DNA of 64,000 nt from Pyrobaculum ferrireducens (GCF_000234805.1 NC_016645.1:656391-720390), one strand, 5' to 3'; positions 1 to 9,466 are shown, counted from the stretch's first letter. Made by a program: numbers and translations. The notes: a model not told the origin generated them from the sequence alone.

Positions 1-855
1 AAACACAGCGACGAGGAGGAGCAGGACGCTGAGCTGTAGAAACAGCTGACCCACTGTCAAGGCGAAGCGGTGCGGGTAGAACGGCTCCTTCTCCTGCAAC
101 GCCTTCTCCCTCACAGCAGGGTCCTTCACAGGGGGCGGAGAGACTCCGCCGTACAGAATGCCGTTTATCTTAAGCCCAAGCAACACCAGTATGACCGCCG
201 GCACGATCAAGATGTGTAGCGAGTAGATTATCTTAATCACCTGGTCGGTGACGAAGTTGCTACCCAGCAGAGCCAGAATCAGCTGGCCCACCGGTATGCC
301 CAGGTAGTCGAAGTAGCGGAAGATGTTTAAGCCGATCTGCAGTGCGAGGATGCCGTCTAGGTGGAGCGGCAGTATGTAGCCCAACACCGCTTGATTTATC
401 GTGAGGAAGCCCAGGAGGACGCCGAGGAGCCACAGGGCGCCGCCGCCCCTCCGCTTGTATGAGCCCAGGATGAACTTGGCGAAGAAGTGGGCTAGCGTCG
501 CGAATATCATCATATAGGCGGCCCAGAGGTGTATCTCCCTCACTATGAAGCCCAACGGGGTGAGGTACACTATCCTGTAGACAGAGCCGTAGCTCTGAGT
601 GGCTACGTAGCTCTCAGCCGCCGCGTGGCCAGAGAGAATATCAGGCGGAGTTTTAACTGTGGTGGATACGCCGGGGGTGTAGAGCCAGGCCAAGATGAAG
701 CCGGTGATGGCCAGTATGAAGAAGCTCATGGCCGCCACGTCGCCGATCCAGTAAAGCGGGTTGAGGTTCGAATACCTCGGCACCGGGTGCTCCAGAAACT
801 CCTTGAGGTGGAAGCGCTCGATGATGATCTCCCAGAGCCTTATGAAGATCCTCAT
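1..855 (-). CDS. cytochrome b subunit of bc-type complex (partial; C-terminus runs off the window start)
   Basis: Minus-strand frame open to the window edge. ATG at 855..853 overlaps the Rieske stop (ATGA). Deduced N-terminus MRIFIRLWEIIIERFHLKEFLEHPVPRYSNLNPLYWIGDVAAMSFFILAITGF is typical of cytochrome b/b6. The ORF-track + ORF 529..1092 is antisense to it. Confidence 0.8.
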   Translation of the reverse strand, partial: MRIFIRLWEIIIERFHLKEFLEHPVPRYSNLNPLYWIGDVAAMSFFILAITGFILAWLYTPGVSTTVKTPPDILSGHAAAESYVATQSYGSVYRIVYLTPLGFIVREIHLWAAYMMIFATLAHFFAKFILGSYKRRGGGALWLLGVLLGFLTINQAVLGYILPLHLDGILALQIGLNIFRYFDYLGIPVGQLILALLGSNFVTDQVIKIIYSLHILIVPAVILVLLGLKINGILYGGVSPPPVKDPAVREKALQEKEPFYPHRFALTVGQLFLQLSVLLLLVAVF

Positions 856-1400
856 ATCTCCGCCCTGAGAGCGTACACTCTGTCGCCTTTCACAGCCACT
901 TTTATAGGCCTCAGCGACCGCGGCGCCGGGCCTGCCGATACGTACGCCTCAAGAAAGGCGTGGCCGTCGCATCCGTTGGGATTTGTGCATATTATGAACT
1001 GCGAGCCGTGGCAAGGGCATGAGAAGCCGATGAGGTACTTGCCGCCCGAGGGGTTAACCGGGCAGCCGAAGTGGGTACACACAGTGTTGTAGGCAACTGG
1101 GTACTCCTTGCCGCCCACGTTAACTAGTCCAAAAACCGCAGGTATTGCCATAGTCCCCTTCTTGAGCAACACGAACTTGGGGCCTTTCCTCAGCTCGTCT
1201 ATTGGGACGGAGTACTCCTCGGGGCAGTTATCCACAGATTCGCAAAGCACCACCTCGATAGAGCCATACGCTGTCTTTGCTTTCAGCTCATTGACGTTTA
1301 TCAAAGAGCCCACTAGAGGAGTGGTCAACGCGCCTATGCCGAGTGCCGCGGTGGCGCCGATAAAAATCTTGAGGGTTTCCCTCCTGTTCTCGTCTACCAT
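852..1400 (-). CDS. Rieske [2Fe-2S] iron-sulfur protein, Tat-exported
   Basis: Twin-arginine leader (RRETLKIFIGATAALG). Rieske box I CTHFGCP and box II CPCHGS. Confidence 0.9.
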   Translation of the reverse strand: MVDENRRETLKIFIGATAALGIGALTTPLVGSLINVNELKAKTAYGSIEVVLCESVDNCPEEYSVPIDELRKGPKFVLLKKGTMAIPAVFGLVNVGGKEYPVAYNTVCTHFGCPVNPSGGKYLIGFSCPCHGSQFIICTNPNGCDGHAFLEAYVSAGPAPRSLRPIKVAVKGDRVYALRAEI

Positions 1401-1401
1401 A

Positions 1402-1965
1402 CTACTTAGCCGCCTCCTTCAACATCTCTACCAACGCTGGTACTCTCTCAGTGGCCCAGTCGGGGTATGCGTTTTTATATGTATTTACCATAGTTTTCAT
1501 TGTGCCGGCGTAGTCAGGCGGGTTGGTTAAAAACTGGGCGAGCAACTGAGCCGCCTTCTGCGGATCGGCCGCCGGGTTGTCTAGGCCGTTTTCCTTGAAG
1601 TATTTGTCAATCACAGAGCCTGCCTGGCCGGGGTTGCCCAGCAACGCCTTGCTGAGATCGGGGCCGACGTTGCCGCCGGAGATGCCCAGCGACTTAATAG
1701 AGTGGCAACTTGTACACCCAATCTCGTTGAAGTACTGCTTGCCCTTCGCCGCCAGTTGCGGGTCGTATTGGATGGGGCCACCGCCGCCGCTGGGCGGCGC
1801 CGATGTTCCGGTCTGTTGGGAGGTCTGTGTCTGGGTTGGGGTTGCCGGAGGCTGTGCGCCTCCTCCGCCGCCGCCAGAGGGGGCTGTTAGGTATTGCAGA
1901 GCGATCGCGGCAGCGATTACCACAATCGCAATTCCTATTACCAGTGCTATTGTTGGACCGCGCAT
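1402..1965 (-). CDS. membrane-anchored monohaem c-type cytochrome
   Basis: N-terminal TM helix, Gly/Thr/Pro-rich linker, single CXXCH (CTSCH). First gene of the cyt c-Rieske-cyt b operon. Confidence 0.8.
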   Translation of the reverse strand: MRGPTIALVIGIAIVVIAAAIALQYLTAPSGGGGGGAQPPATPTQTQTSQQTGTSAPPSGGGGPIQYDPQLAAKGKQYFNEIGCTSCHSIKSLGISGGNVGPDLSKALLGNPGQAGSVIDKYFKENGLDNPAADPQKAAQLLAQFLTNPPDYAGTMKTMVNTYKNAYPDWATERVPALVEMLKEAAK

Positions 1966-1984
1966 ACGGGGTAGATAAGTCTGT

Positions 1985-1994
1985 CTTATATACT
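1985..1994 (-). promoter_or_regulatory. TATA-like box (cttatatact) about 25 bp upstream of the cyt c start, minus-strand operon
   Basis: AT-rich element at the expected archaeal TATA distance from the start codon at 1965. Confidence 0.4.
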
Positions 1995-2067
1995 TTTCTT
2001 TAATGTAGTTTTACATGTTGTCATAGTAACGTTTGAGAGTTTGAGAGATAGCCTCTACTAAACTTTG

Positions 2068-2092
2068 TAGATATATATACATATATATGTGA
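2068..2092. repeat. alternating (TA)n palindrome gtagatatatatacatatatatgtg in the divergent bc-complex / oxidase intergenic region
   Basis: Read directly from the sequence. Sits in the 175-bp AT-rich spacer between divergent respiratory operons. Confidence 0.6.
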
Positions 2093-2140
2093 ATTAATAC
2101 AAACTTTTATACTGAGAATAAAATTTTTAAAGAAAATAAA

Positions 2141-2410
2141 ATGTTTCTAGGCATGAGTACAGAAGTGAGGTTAAATTTTGGAGATTATGTAACGTGGGGT
2201 CTAATCATTGCGGCTATATTTGTTGTGTGGATGTGGGCGGGTAACTGGGGGAGGCCTCCGTATCCCGTCGTCTCAGAGGTGTCGAGCTACGTATTCACGC
2301 CATATACAGTGGTTTACGTAGGTGGGGGCGTGGTTACGGCTCTTTTTATGGGTTCTATGATATTCTTCACAATAAAGTTCAGAGCGAGGGAGGGCTATGG
2401 AGAAGAGTAG
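2141..2410 (+). CDS. small 2-TM membrane protein, first gene of the oxidase operon
   Basis: Two hydrophobic helices. 14-nt overlap with the subunit II gene. Confidence 0.5.
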   Translation: MFLGMSTEVRLNFGDYVTWGLIIAAIFVVWMWAGNWGRPPYPVVSEVSSYVFTPYTVVYVGGGVVTALFMGSMIFFTIKFRAREGYGEE

Positions 2411-2831
2411 GCTGTTTGAATACCTCACGATATTCGGGGCCGCCGCCGTGCTTGGCTACTTAGCCGTGGTCGCGGCCGCCAATCTATACGCAATTGATAA
2501 CTATGGGTATAGATACGCCAGGGGGGACTACCAGACCATAAAGGTGGTGGGGAGGCAGTTCTCGTGGGAGTTCCAGTACCCCAACGGGTCGCGGAGCTTC
2601 AACACGCTATATGTAAAGGCTGGGGCGCTCTACAAACTTGAGATAACGTCGATGGACGTGGTGCACTCCTTCTACATCCCGCAGCTAGGTATTAAGTACG
2701 ACGCTGTACCTGGCTTTGTCTACGTCATGTGGCTGAAGGTGGATAAGCCGGGGGTGTACGACATATTCTGCGCCGAGTACTGCGGCTCGGGCCATTACCT
2801 AATGCTGGGCAGGGTGGTGGTGGAGCCATGA
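2397..2831 (+). CDS. haem-copper oxidase subunit II (CuA centre)
   Basis: N-terminal TM helix. CuA motif H...CAEYCGSGHYLM (C-x-E-x-C-G-x2-H-x2-M). Confidence 0.85.
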   Translation: MEKSRLFEYLTIFGAAAVLGYLAVVAAANLYAIDNYGYRYARGDYQTIKVVGRQFSWEFQYPNGSRSFNTLYVKAGALYKLEITSMDVVHSFYIPQLGIKYDAVPGFVYVMWLKVDKPGVYDIFCAEYCGSGHYLMLGRVVVEP

Positions 2832-5248
2832 AGTGGGAAAAGGTTGTCGACTACTTAACGACGACTGACGCGCATAAGATAGGCATACTGTACCTAACTT
2901 TGTCTATTATTAACCTCGTCTTGGCGGGGCTGATGGCTTTCCTCATCCGCCTGGTCATTGCCGTTACGCCGCCGGGGGCGCGGGTGGAGGAGACCGGCAT
3001 AGCCACGGGGAACCTCTACTACTGGTTCGTTTCCCTCCACGGGCTGGCGATGTTGCTCCTATTCGCTATGCAAGCGGTGGTGGGCATGGCGAACGTGGCT
3101 GTGCCGAAGCTCATCGGCGCGCCGGATCTGTACTGGCCGAGGATAAACGCGCTGTCTTTCTGGCTACAAGTCCCGGCCACGGTGTTGATGTGGGGCGGGC
3201 TGTTCTTCGCCCAGCAAGGCGCCGGGCCTGGCTGGACGATCTACCCGCCGTTTAGCACCGGCTACACGCTCTCGCTGGGGGTAGATCTAGTTCTGATGGG
3301 GATCATAGTGGGGGGCATTTCCTCCACCTTGTCTGGCATAAACTTCATATTGACGATTACGAGGCTGAGGAGGCCGGACATTAAGATGCTGGATATGTCC
3401 CTCTTCGCCTGGAGCGTCTTGGCCATGTCTATTCTAATGGTGGCCGCCCTGCCTCCCCTGGCGGTGGGCGCGGTGATGCAGTTGCTCGACCGCCACCTGG
3501 GCTTCCGCTTCTTCGCACCTAACCCCTCCAACCCCGCGGCTGGGGGGGACCCGCGGCTGTGGCAACACATCTTCTGGTTCTTCGGCCACCCGGAGGTCTA
3601 CATCTTGGTGCTCCCCGCCATGGGCCTGGTCTCCGAGGTGTTGCAGAGGATGGCTGGCAGGAGGGCGTATGGCTACACCGCCATCGCCTTGTCTTCCGTG
3701 GCTATTGCTGCTATTAGCTTCGCTGTGTGGGTTCACCACATGTTCACCGCGGTGCAGGACTGGATTGTGAGGGTGGCCTTCGCCGTGGCGACGATGGCTG
3801 TCGCCATCCCCTCGGGTGTGAAGGTCTTCAATTGGGTGGCCACGCTGTACGGGGCGCGGATTAGGCTGAGGGCCCCGATGCTGTTCACTCTGACGTTTAT
3901 AGCCTTCTTCATCGTGGGCGGCGTGACCGGCGTGTTCTTCCCAGTGGTGCCCGTGGACCTGCACCTCCAAGACACATACTTCGTCCTCGGCCACTTCCAC
4001 TACGTGGTGAACGCCATCACCCTGGGGGTCCTAGGCGCGTTGCTTTACTACTACCCACACATCACGGGGAGGTGGTACGACGAGAGGCTTGCGAGAATGA
4101 GCTGGGGCCTCCTGACGGTGGGCGGCGGCCTGACCTACACCATGATGCTGGCGGCCGGCGTGCTGGGCATGCCGAGGCGCTACGCCGCGTCGCCGACGGG
4201 CCTATACTACCCCTACCACGTGTTGATGACTGTGGGGAGCTGGCTAATAGCGGCCGGGGTAGCCCTTTACCTCATAAATCTGCTGTGGAGCTACTTCAAC
4301 GGGAGGCCTGTGAAGAACAGAGAAGATCCGTGGGGCGCGGCGAAGATGGGGTTGCCGGACGTCGTCGAGCCGGCTTTCAAGTCGCCCCACGTCCACACTC
4401 CGTGGCCCGCCTTGGTGGGTCTTGCGGCTCTTCCGCTGTCGCTGGGCGTCTTGAATATCCTCGCCTCGATGCCGACTAGCATCGTGAAGGGGGTGGCTGC
4501 CTCTCCGCAGGTGGGCTGGGCCATGGTTGGTCTCTTCGTGGCTTTCGGCCTCGCGTGGTTTAAGTCGGACATGTGGAACCGGGCGCTTGCCATGAGGTTT
4601 ATGAACGGCGCCGCCCACGGCTACGTGGCGATTCCGAAGCCCCCCAGCGTGTGGGGCGATCTCCGGGTGACCATGGCGTGGGTGATCTTCTCAGAGGCTG
4701 TGCTGTTCCTCACCCTCATCTCCTCGGCGTACTATGCGAGGGTGGTGCTGTACGGCCAGTGGAACGCCGCGTTGCAGAAGGCTCCGGATCTGCTGAGCCC
4801 GCTGGCCATCGCGATGTCCATAGCGCTGTGGGGAAGTAGCTTCACGGCCGTGGCCGCCAGGAGGGCCTTCACCGCGGGGGACGTGAGGAGGTTCTACATG
4901 TGGATAGGGGCCACCATGGCCATGGGGGCCTTCTTCGCCGGCTCGCAGTTCCTGGTGGAGTACCCCACGCTTATGCACGAGGGCTTTGTCCCAACAGCCA
5001 CGATACACTCCATGTACTTCTACTCCATAGTCACGCTACACGGCTTCCACGTCTTGATAGGCCTCACCTTCTGGGCCCTCGTTCTGTTGCTGGTTAAGGT
5101 GGGCTACTGGACGCCTAAGAGGCCAGACGGCGTGGAGGCCGCCGAGTACTACTGGCACTTCGTCGACGGGATATGGGTGCTGGTGTTCTCCACCTTCTAC
5201 CTCGGCGCCGTGAACGCAATACCGCCCCCCGCCGCGTTGCACGCATGA
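2828..5248 (+). CDS. haem-copper oxidase subunit I fused to a subunit III-like C-terminal domain (SoxM-type)
   Basis: 806 aa. Subunit I signatures WFFGHPEVYILVLPAMG, WVHHMF and HFHYV. C-terminal about 250 aa of extra TM helices is subunit III-like. Confidence 0.9.
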   Translation: MKWEKVVDYLTTTDAHKIGILYLTLSIINLVLAGLMAFLIRLVIAVTPPGARVEETGIATGNLYYWFVSLHGLAMLLLFAMQAVVGMANVAVPKLIGAPDLYWPRINALSFWLQVPATVLMWGGLFFAQQGAGPGWTIYPPFSTGYTLSLGVDLVLMGIIVGGISSTLSGINFILTITRLRRPDIKMLDMSLFAWSVLAMSILMVAALPPLAVGAVMQLLDRHLGFRFFAPNPSNPAAGGDPRLWQHIFWFFGHPEVYILVLPAMGLVSEVLQRMAGRRAYGYTAIALSSVAIAAISFAVWVHHMFTAVQDWIVRVAFAVATMAVAIPSGVKVFNWVATLYGARIRLRAPMLFTLTFIAFFIVGGVTGVFFPVVPVDLHLQDTYFVLGHFHYVVNAITLGVLGALLYYYPHITGRWYDERLARMSWGLLTVGGGLTYTMMLAAGVLGMPRRYAASPTGLYYPYHVLMTVGSWLIAAGVALYLINLLWSYFNGRPVKNREDPWGAAKMGLPDVVEPAFKSPHVHTPWPALVGLAALPLSLGVLNILASMPTSIVKGVAASPQVGWAMVGLFVAFGLAWFKSDMWNRALAMRFMNGAAHGYVAIPKPPSVWGDLRVTMAWVIFSEAVLFLTLISSAYYARVVLYGQWNAALQKAPDLLSPLAIAMSIALWGSSFTAVAARRAFTAGDVRRFYMWIGATMAMGAFFAGSQFLVEYPTLMHEGFVPTATIHSMYFYSIVTLHGFHVLIGLTFWALVLLLVKVGYWTPKRPDGVEAAEYYWHFVDGIWVLVFSTFYLGAVNAIPPPAALHA

Positions 5249-5445
5249 CGCCTCTAAGGGCGTTGTCCCTCGGCGTCGCCGTCGTGCTGTTTTTCGCCGG
5301 GCTGGCGTGGGGGGTATACACGGCGGCGACCGGGCGCTTCCAGCCGGACTGGGTAGCCTCCCTCTGGACGCTGGCCGCCATGGCGTATTCCTACGCCTAC
5401 TTCGCCAAGTGGCACGAGAGATGGCTAAAAGAGAAGTCCTCCTAA
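5245..5445 (+). CDS. small 2-TM membrane protein (oxidase-associated)
   Basis: ATG overlaps the oxidase subunit I stop (ATGA). MTPLRALSLGVAVVLFFAGLAW.... Confidence 0.5.
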   Translation: MTPLRALSLGVAVVLFFAGLAWGVYTAATGRFQPDWVASLWTLAAMAYSYAYFAKWHERWLKEKSS

Positions 5446-6011
5446 AACTCCCCTTTTTCACCCTCTCCCTACTCCTGATCTTCCTCTACTCCCAGGGCTT
5501 CGACCCGCTGGCCCCTCCATACACCCCATTCTACTCCCAGGACGTTAAATACATGTGTACAAATTTCACAATCCCCCACGTGTCTCTGGCAGATCAGAAC
5601 GGTAGCCGTGTGGAGTTCCCGCCGCCCGGCCCCTACGTCGTCACTTTTGGCTACACCACATGCCCAGACGTGTGCCCCCTCGTATTCCTTGTGTTAAACA
5701 AGACGCAGTACCTAACGGGCCTCCCGGCTTATGTAGTTACGGTGGATCCAGCCGGCGACACCCCCGAGAGGTTGAGGGCGTACGCCGCCGCCACGGGCTA
5801 CCGCTTCGTCTTCCTAACAGGCGAGCAAGTCGAGGTTCTGTGGCGTAGCTTCGGCGTATATGTCGGCAGGGCGAGGTATTCAGGCGGCTACTTAATCTAC
5901 CACAGCGTCGTCTTCGCCTTCGGCGAGGGGGACGTGGTCAAGGCCGTGGCCTACGGCCTCGCCGACCCCGACACCCTCGCCTCGCTGTACAGGAGTTGCT
6001 GGGCGAGATAA
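5421..6011 (+). CDS. SCO1/SenC-family copper chaperone (thioredoxin fold)
   Basis: N-terminal TM helix. CPDVCP (CxxxC) motif with a downstream His. The ORF-track start at 5307 overlaps the previous gene; the internal ATG at 5421 is more likely. Confidence 0.8.
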   Translation: MAKREVLLKLPFFTLSLLLIFLYSQGFDPLAPPYTPFYSQDVKYMCTNFTIPHVSLADQNGSRVEFPPPGPYVVTFGYTTCPDVCPLVFLVLNKTQYLTGLPAYVVTVDPAGDTPERLRAYAAATGYRFVFLTGEQVEVLWRSFGVYVGRARYSGGYLIYHSVVFAFGEGDVVKAVAYGLADPDTLASLYRSCWAR

Positions 6012-6457
6012 GGCCTGAGTAGGGCGAGAGCGAGCATCACCATCGCGGCGATGACAAGCATCCAGCCTATCCTTACCGGGAAGAGCCCCGCCCCTAACAC
6101 GTAAGCTACGGCAGATCCGCGGCCGAGCGGCCCCGTGTCTATGCTCCTCGCCACGTCCCAGTAGAACCAGCCGGAGGCAAGCCACAGAAGCGCCACCGCC
6201 ACCGCGTTTCCTGGTTCGTAGGGGTAAGGGGTTACGAGCATACGTAGCGGCGTGGTGCCGAGGGCGAGGGCCGTCATGAGGCTGGCGGTGGACGCGGAGA
6301 CGAACCACGCATAGGGGGAGGGGCCCGTGGAGAGACGTCTAAAGGAGAGGAGCAGGAGGACGTGGGCCGCCAGGGAGATGGGGAGGAAGACCCCCTCGAC
6401 GCAGAAGGCGAGGGCCCCCACCACGCCTAGGAGGTGGTACAGCCGGGCCTCGGTCAT
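5951..6457 (-). CDS. hypothetical polytopic membrane protein
   Basis: Four or five hydrophobic segments. 3' end overlaps the SCO1 3' end by 60 nt (convergent). Confidence 0.45.
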   Translation of the reverse strand: MTEARLYHLLGVVGALAFCVEGVFLPISLAAHVLLLLSFRRLSTGPSPYAWFVSASTASLMTALALGTTPLRMLVTPYPYEPGNAVAVALLWLASGWFYWDVARSIDTGPLGRGSAVAYVLGAGLFPVRIGWMLVIAAMVMLALALLRPYLAQQLLYSEARVSGSARP

Positions 6458-6810
6458 AGTTGCCAGAACAGCTCCATAAATACGTCAACGAGGTCTCTCT
6501 GGACGCATGGATACGCCACCGCCCTGCGCAGAGCCTCTCTAGAGACGTACGTGGCCAGCTGCCTGACGACCGAGGGCCTGAGCCTCGCCTCCCTCACCAC
6601 GTATATCGCCGCCGCGGTCACCTCGTCTAAGCCGCTTGGGAAGTACCGGGGGCGCTGCGCCAGGTCCACCACGTATATCTCCCTCGTCTGTAGCAACTTT
6701 GTTACCCAGTACTGGGCCGTCCCAACTGGGAGGGAGAGCTCTCTCACCAGCTCTCTGAAGTGGGGGCCGGGGCAGGTGCGCAGGTAGTGGAGTATGGAGG
6801 CGCCGGTCAT
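6454..6810 (-). CDS. winged-helix transcriptional regulator (ArsR/TrmB-like)
   Basis: 118 aa. HTH-like segment LVRELSLPVGTAQYWVTKL. Confidence 0.5.
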   Translation of the reverse strand: MTGASILHYLRTCPGPHFRELVRELSLPVGTAQYWVTKLLQTREIYVVDLAQRPRYFPSGLDEVTAAAIYVVREARLRPSVVRQLATYVSREALRRAVAYPCVQRDLVDVFMELFWQL

Positions 6811-7247
6811 GGCGTGTGTATGTGGGCGCCTGTGCCGGGGGGCGCCCTGACCTCCACCACTCGGCCGTCGTCTAGCCTAAGCTGGATCACCGCGCCGTTT
6901 CTCACCGCGTTTACGTCGCCGGTGAGCATTATGTGGTAGGTAAGGCTACCGAACCTCACGGCTGAGAGGGGCCCCACGCACACCTTGTCCACCGTCTTCA
7001 TGACGGCGAGGGTGCCGTTGAACTCCGTGACGTGCATCTCGGCGTGGGTGCCCTGGGGCGCCGAGACTGAAGTTATGCACACCTGGCGGAGTCCCAGATT
7101 TGTGAAGGTGAAGCCCACCACCGCCGTGTCTGGGGGCACCACCTCGACGTAGCTATTCGACACAGCCACTGGGGGTTGCACCACTAGGACGGCAACTGGG
7201 ATTAAAAACAGGGCGAGTAGAACGGCCAGCTTCACAGCCCTCCTCAT
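6807..7247 (-). CDS. periplasmic copper chaperone PCu(A)C-like (DUF461)
   Basis: Signal peptide. His/Met-rich motif THAEMHVTEF...VMKTV...YHIML resembles the H(M)x10Mx21HxM Cu(I) site. Confidence 0.65.
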   Translation of the reverse strand: MRRAVKLAVLLALFLIPVAVLVVQPPVAVSNSYVEVVPPDTAVVGFTFTNLGLRQVCITSVSAPQGTHAEMHVTEFNGTLAVMKTVDKVCVGPLSAVRFGSLTYHIMLTGDVNAVRNGAVIQLRLDDGRVVEVRAPPGTGAHIHTP

Positions 7248-7253
7248 ATATTT

Positions 7254-7628
7254 CTATAAATCTTTTACTAGTAGGGCGGCTGTGAAGAAGGAGAATGAGA
7301 GAAGGCCTAGGAAGTGGTCAACGGGGATGTCGCCTAGATACACCACAAACCCCGTCAACATGTATAGAGAGAGGAAGAGCTGGCTTAGAAACAGCGCGGC
7401 GAAGGCCAGAGCCAGGTTTAGAAACCTCCTCCCCCCAGTCCTTAGATACGCCCTCGCGGAGAGGTACAGCGGGACCGCGGCCATGAGGGGGGTAGCCACG
7501 TGGAGGACCACGTGGCCCAGCGTCAAATTACTAAGAGGCACAACTGTGGTTAGAAGCACGGCGAAGGGCAGTAAATAGATGAGATATATCCTAGTCATGG
7601 AGTCACACCGCCACATATTTAAAACCAT
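7254..7628 (-). CDS. hypothetical membrane protein
   Basis: Four TM segments. Confidence 0.45.
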   Translation of the reverse strand: MVLNMWRCDSMTRIYLIYLLPFAVLLTTVVPLSNLTLGHVVLHVATPLMAAVPLYLSARAYLRTGGRRFLNLALAFAALFLSQLFLSLYMLTGFVVYLGDIPVDHFLGLLSFSFFTAALLVKDL

Positions 7629-7712
7629 CTCCCCAGACGAAGCCGCGCGCCCAGCCGCGGCGGATGCGACCAGCGACCAACTTCAGCGGAACTCCGCGTG
7701 TTGAGAGGCCGC

Positions 7713-9017
7713 CTACCCTTGTTGCCAATTAGCCGTCTTGGTGCGGAGGCGCGTCACCGACGCTGTGAGAGATAGCACGCCCAGCACGGCTATTGGAAGG
7801 AAGCTTGCCGTATATGCGCCGAGCGCCTCTGTACATATGGCCATTAACATGGGCAGTACCAGCCCGCCGCCTGCTCCCACGCCGCCTACCCAGCCGGAGG
7901 CACCGCCGACAGCCTCTCCTACGAGCTGTGGAAGTAGTTTAAACACCGCCGCGTTGGCCATCCCCATCCCCACGGCGGCCGCCGACATCCCCAGTGGGGA
8001 TGCCGCGGGGTTGAGCATCGCCGCCGCCGAGCCCCCGGCGACGAGGGCGTAGGCCACGGCGGCCACCCTCGCGCCGCCGACGCGGTCGCTGGCCCACCCC
8101 CCGGCGATGCGCATTAGAGAGGCTAAGAGAGAGAAGCCGAGGCCCGTGAGGAGGCCGGCTGTCGCGATATCCATGTCTAGAGCCGCGGTGTAGTAGCTGG
8201 GGAGCCAGGCGGTGAGCGCCACGTAGCCGCCGAAGGAGGTGAAGTAGAGCAGGACCAGTAGCCACGTCGTGTGGAGACGTGCGGACGACGTCAGGCTTCT
8301 CCACGCGCCTCCGCTGGGGAGGACCTCCCCGCCCAGCTCCCCAGCTAGGCGGCGGGCTGCGGCGGGGTCTCCCACGATCTTCAACAGCTGGAAGTAGTAG
8401 GCGTCGTGGCCGTAGGCGTAGAACAGGACAGCCGCCGCGGCCAGGAACGCGGCCCACATGAGGTAGGTCCCCGAGATTCCGATGGCGGAGATCATGAGAG
8501 GGAGGAGGGCCGTGTATATCCCGGGGGCTGTGTTGCCCAGACCTGCGTAGATCCCCAGCGCGGTTCCTTGTCTGCGCTTTGGGAACCAGTAGCTGAGGTA
8601 CGCGGCGCCCGGCGAAAATATGGAGATGCCGACGCCCGCCACAGCGCCCAGGAGGAGTAGGGCGGCGTATGCAGAGGCGCCGGAGAGCGATCCCGCCTCC
8701 ACCAGCGCCGTGACGTACGATAGCCCGGCGAGGCCGGCGGCTGTTGTGAGTAGCTGGGCGAGGATTATAGCCCTCGCCCCTCCGCCGTCTACCAACGCGC
8801 CGAGTGGAATTCTTAGAAAAGCCCCAGTGAGGTTCGGGATGGCGACAAGCGCGGCGACTTGAGACAAGGCGAGCTCCACATGCGTGGCTACGAATTTTAC
8901 AGAGATATTGAAGAGGGATACGCATGTAAAGCCTGCGAAGAAAGCCAGCGTCGCGGCGGCCAAGGCCCGCCCAGGCGAGCCTCTCAGCTTGATCTCCCGA
9001 GCGCCGGGGGGAGCCAT
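7713..9017 (-). CDS. MFS transporter, NarK-like nitrate/nitrite porter candidate
   Basis: 434 aa, 12 predicted TM helices with Gly-rich MFS motifs. Sits beside the nar genes. The antisense ORF 7939..9114 is spurious. Confidence 0.7.
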   Translation of the reverse strand: MAPPGAREIKLRGSPGRALAAATLAFFAGFTCVSLFNISVKFVATHVELALSQVAALVAIPNLTGAFLRIPLGALVDGGGARAIILAQLLTTAAGLAGLSYVTALVEAGSLSGASAYAALLLLGAVAGVGISIFSPGAAYLSYWFPKRRQGTALGIYAGLGNTAPGIYTALLPLMISAIGISGTYLMWAAFLAAAAVLFYAYGHDAYYFQLLKIVGDPAAARRLAGELGGEVLPSGGAWRSLTSSARLHTTWLLVLLYFTSFGGYVALTAWLPSYYTAALDMDIATAGLLTGLGFSLLASLMRIAGGWASDRVGGARVAAVAYALVAGGSAAAMLNPAASPLGMSAAAVGMGMANAAVFKLLPQLVGEAVGGASGWVGGVGAGGGLVLPMLMAICTEALGAYTASFLPIAVLGVLSLTASVTRLRTKTANWQQG

Positions 9018-9025
9018 CGCCTCTG

Positions 9026-9466
9026 CTAGTCGAGCCGGAAGCCGCTGGCCAGGCGCCTCTTGACCTTCTCAACAAAGGCGTCGGCCCAGTCCCGGGGTGT
9101 TGCGTAGAGCCCATCCACGACGCCGAGTTTGCTGAGGCCGTTGAGGTGGACTGAGTAGTAGGGGCAGTTTAGACAATCCGACTCGCACCTCTCTGGGATA
9201 TAGACGCAGTGCTCCTCGGTCAAGACGAGGATGGGCCTCTTCAACAGCTTTATGGTGCCGTCCTCTGTGTAAATCGGGAGGTAGATGCATGGCTCTCCGA
9301 AGCCCATCTTGCTAAGCCTCTCCAGACGTCTATACACGGTGCTCACCGGCATATTTAAAACAAAGCTTATCTGCTTAGGCTTCAGCTTCATAGAAAGACA
9401 CAGCAAATTCACATCTTCCCTGCTGAGAGAATTAAGAATTGAAACAGGAATGAGCTTTATACACAC
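9026..9466 (-). CDS. HTH transcriptional regulator with a Cys-rich C-terminal domain
   Basis: HTH segment ISFVLNMPVSTVYRRLERL. Downstream cluster CIYLP..EEHCVYIPERCESDCLNCPYY (5-6 Cys). Start may be the internal ATG near 9391. Confidence 0.55.
   Translation of the reverse strand: MCIKLIPVSILNSLSREDVNLLCLSMKLKPKQISFVLNMPVSTVYRRLERLSKMGFGEPCIYLPIYTEDGTIKLLKRPILVLTEEHCVYIPERCESDCLNCPYYSVHLNGLSKLGVVDGLYATPRDWADAFVEKVKRRLASGFRLD

Noticed and set aside
755-775. ggttcgaata, resembling a tRNA T-arm
   Set aside because: Not GGTTCGAATCC. No acceptor or anticodon stems around it, and it sits inside the cytochrome b coding frame. No tRNA genes recognised anywhere in the window.
529-1092. 187-aa plus-strand ORF
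   Set aside because: Lies antisense to the cytochrome b and Rieske genes. Arg/Pro/Gly-rich composition is typical of wrong-frame ORFs in high-GC DNA.
3262-5008. Several 80-190 aa ORFs on both strands inside the oxidase subunit I gene
   Set aside because: All overlap a very well-supported 806-aa haem-copper oxidase gene. His/Arg/Gly-rich low-complexity translations.
5951-6011. 60-nt convergent overlap of SCO1 and the downstream minus-strand membrane protein gene as a regulatory or antisense feature
   Set aside because: More likely imprecise end calling. A convergent 3' overlap is tolerated and nothing else distinguishes it.
7939-9114. 391-aa minus-strand ORF
   Set aside because: Alternate frame of the MFS transporter gene, with an extremely Arg/Gly/Pro-rich product. 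The in-frame MFS ORF has 12 TM helices.
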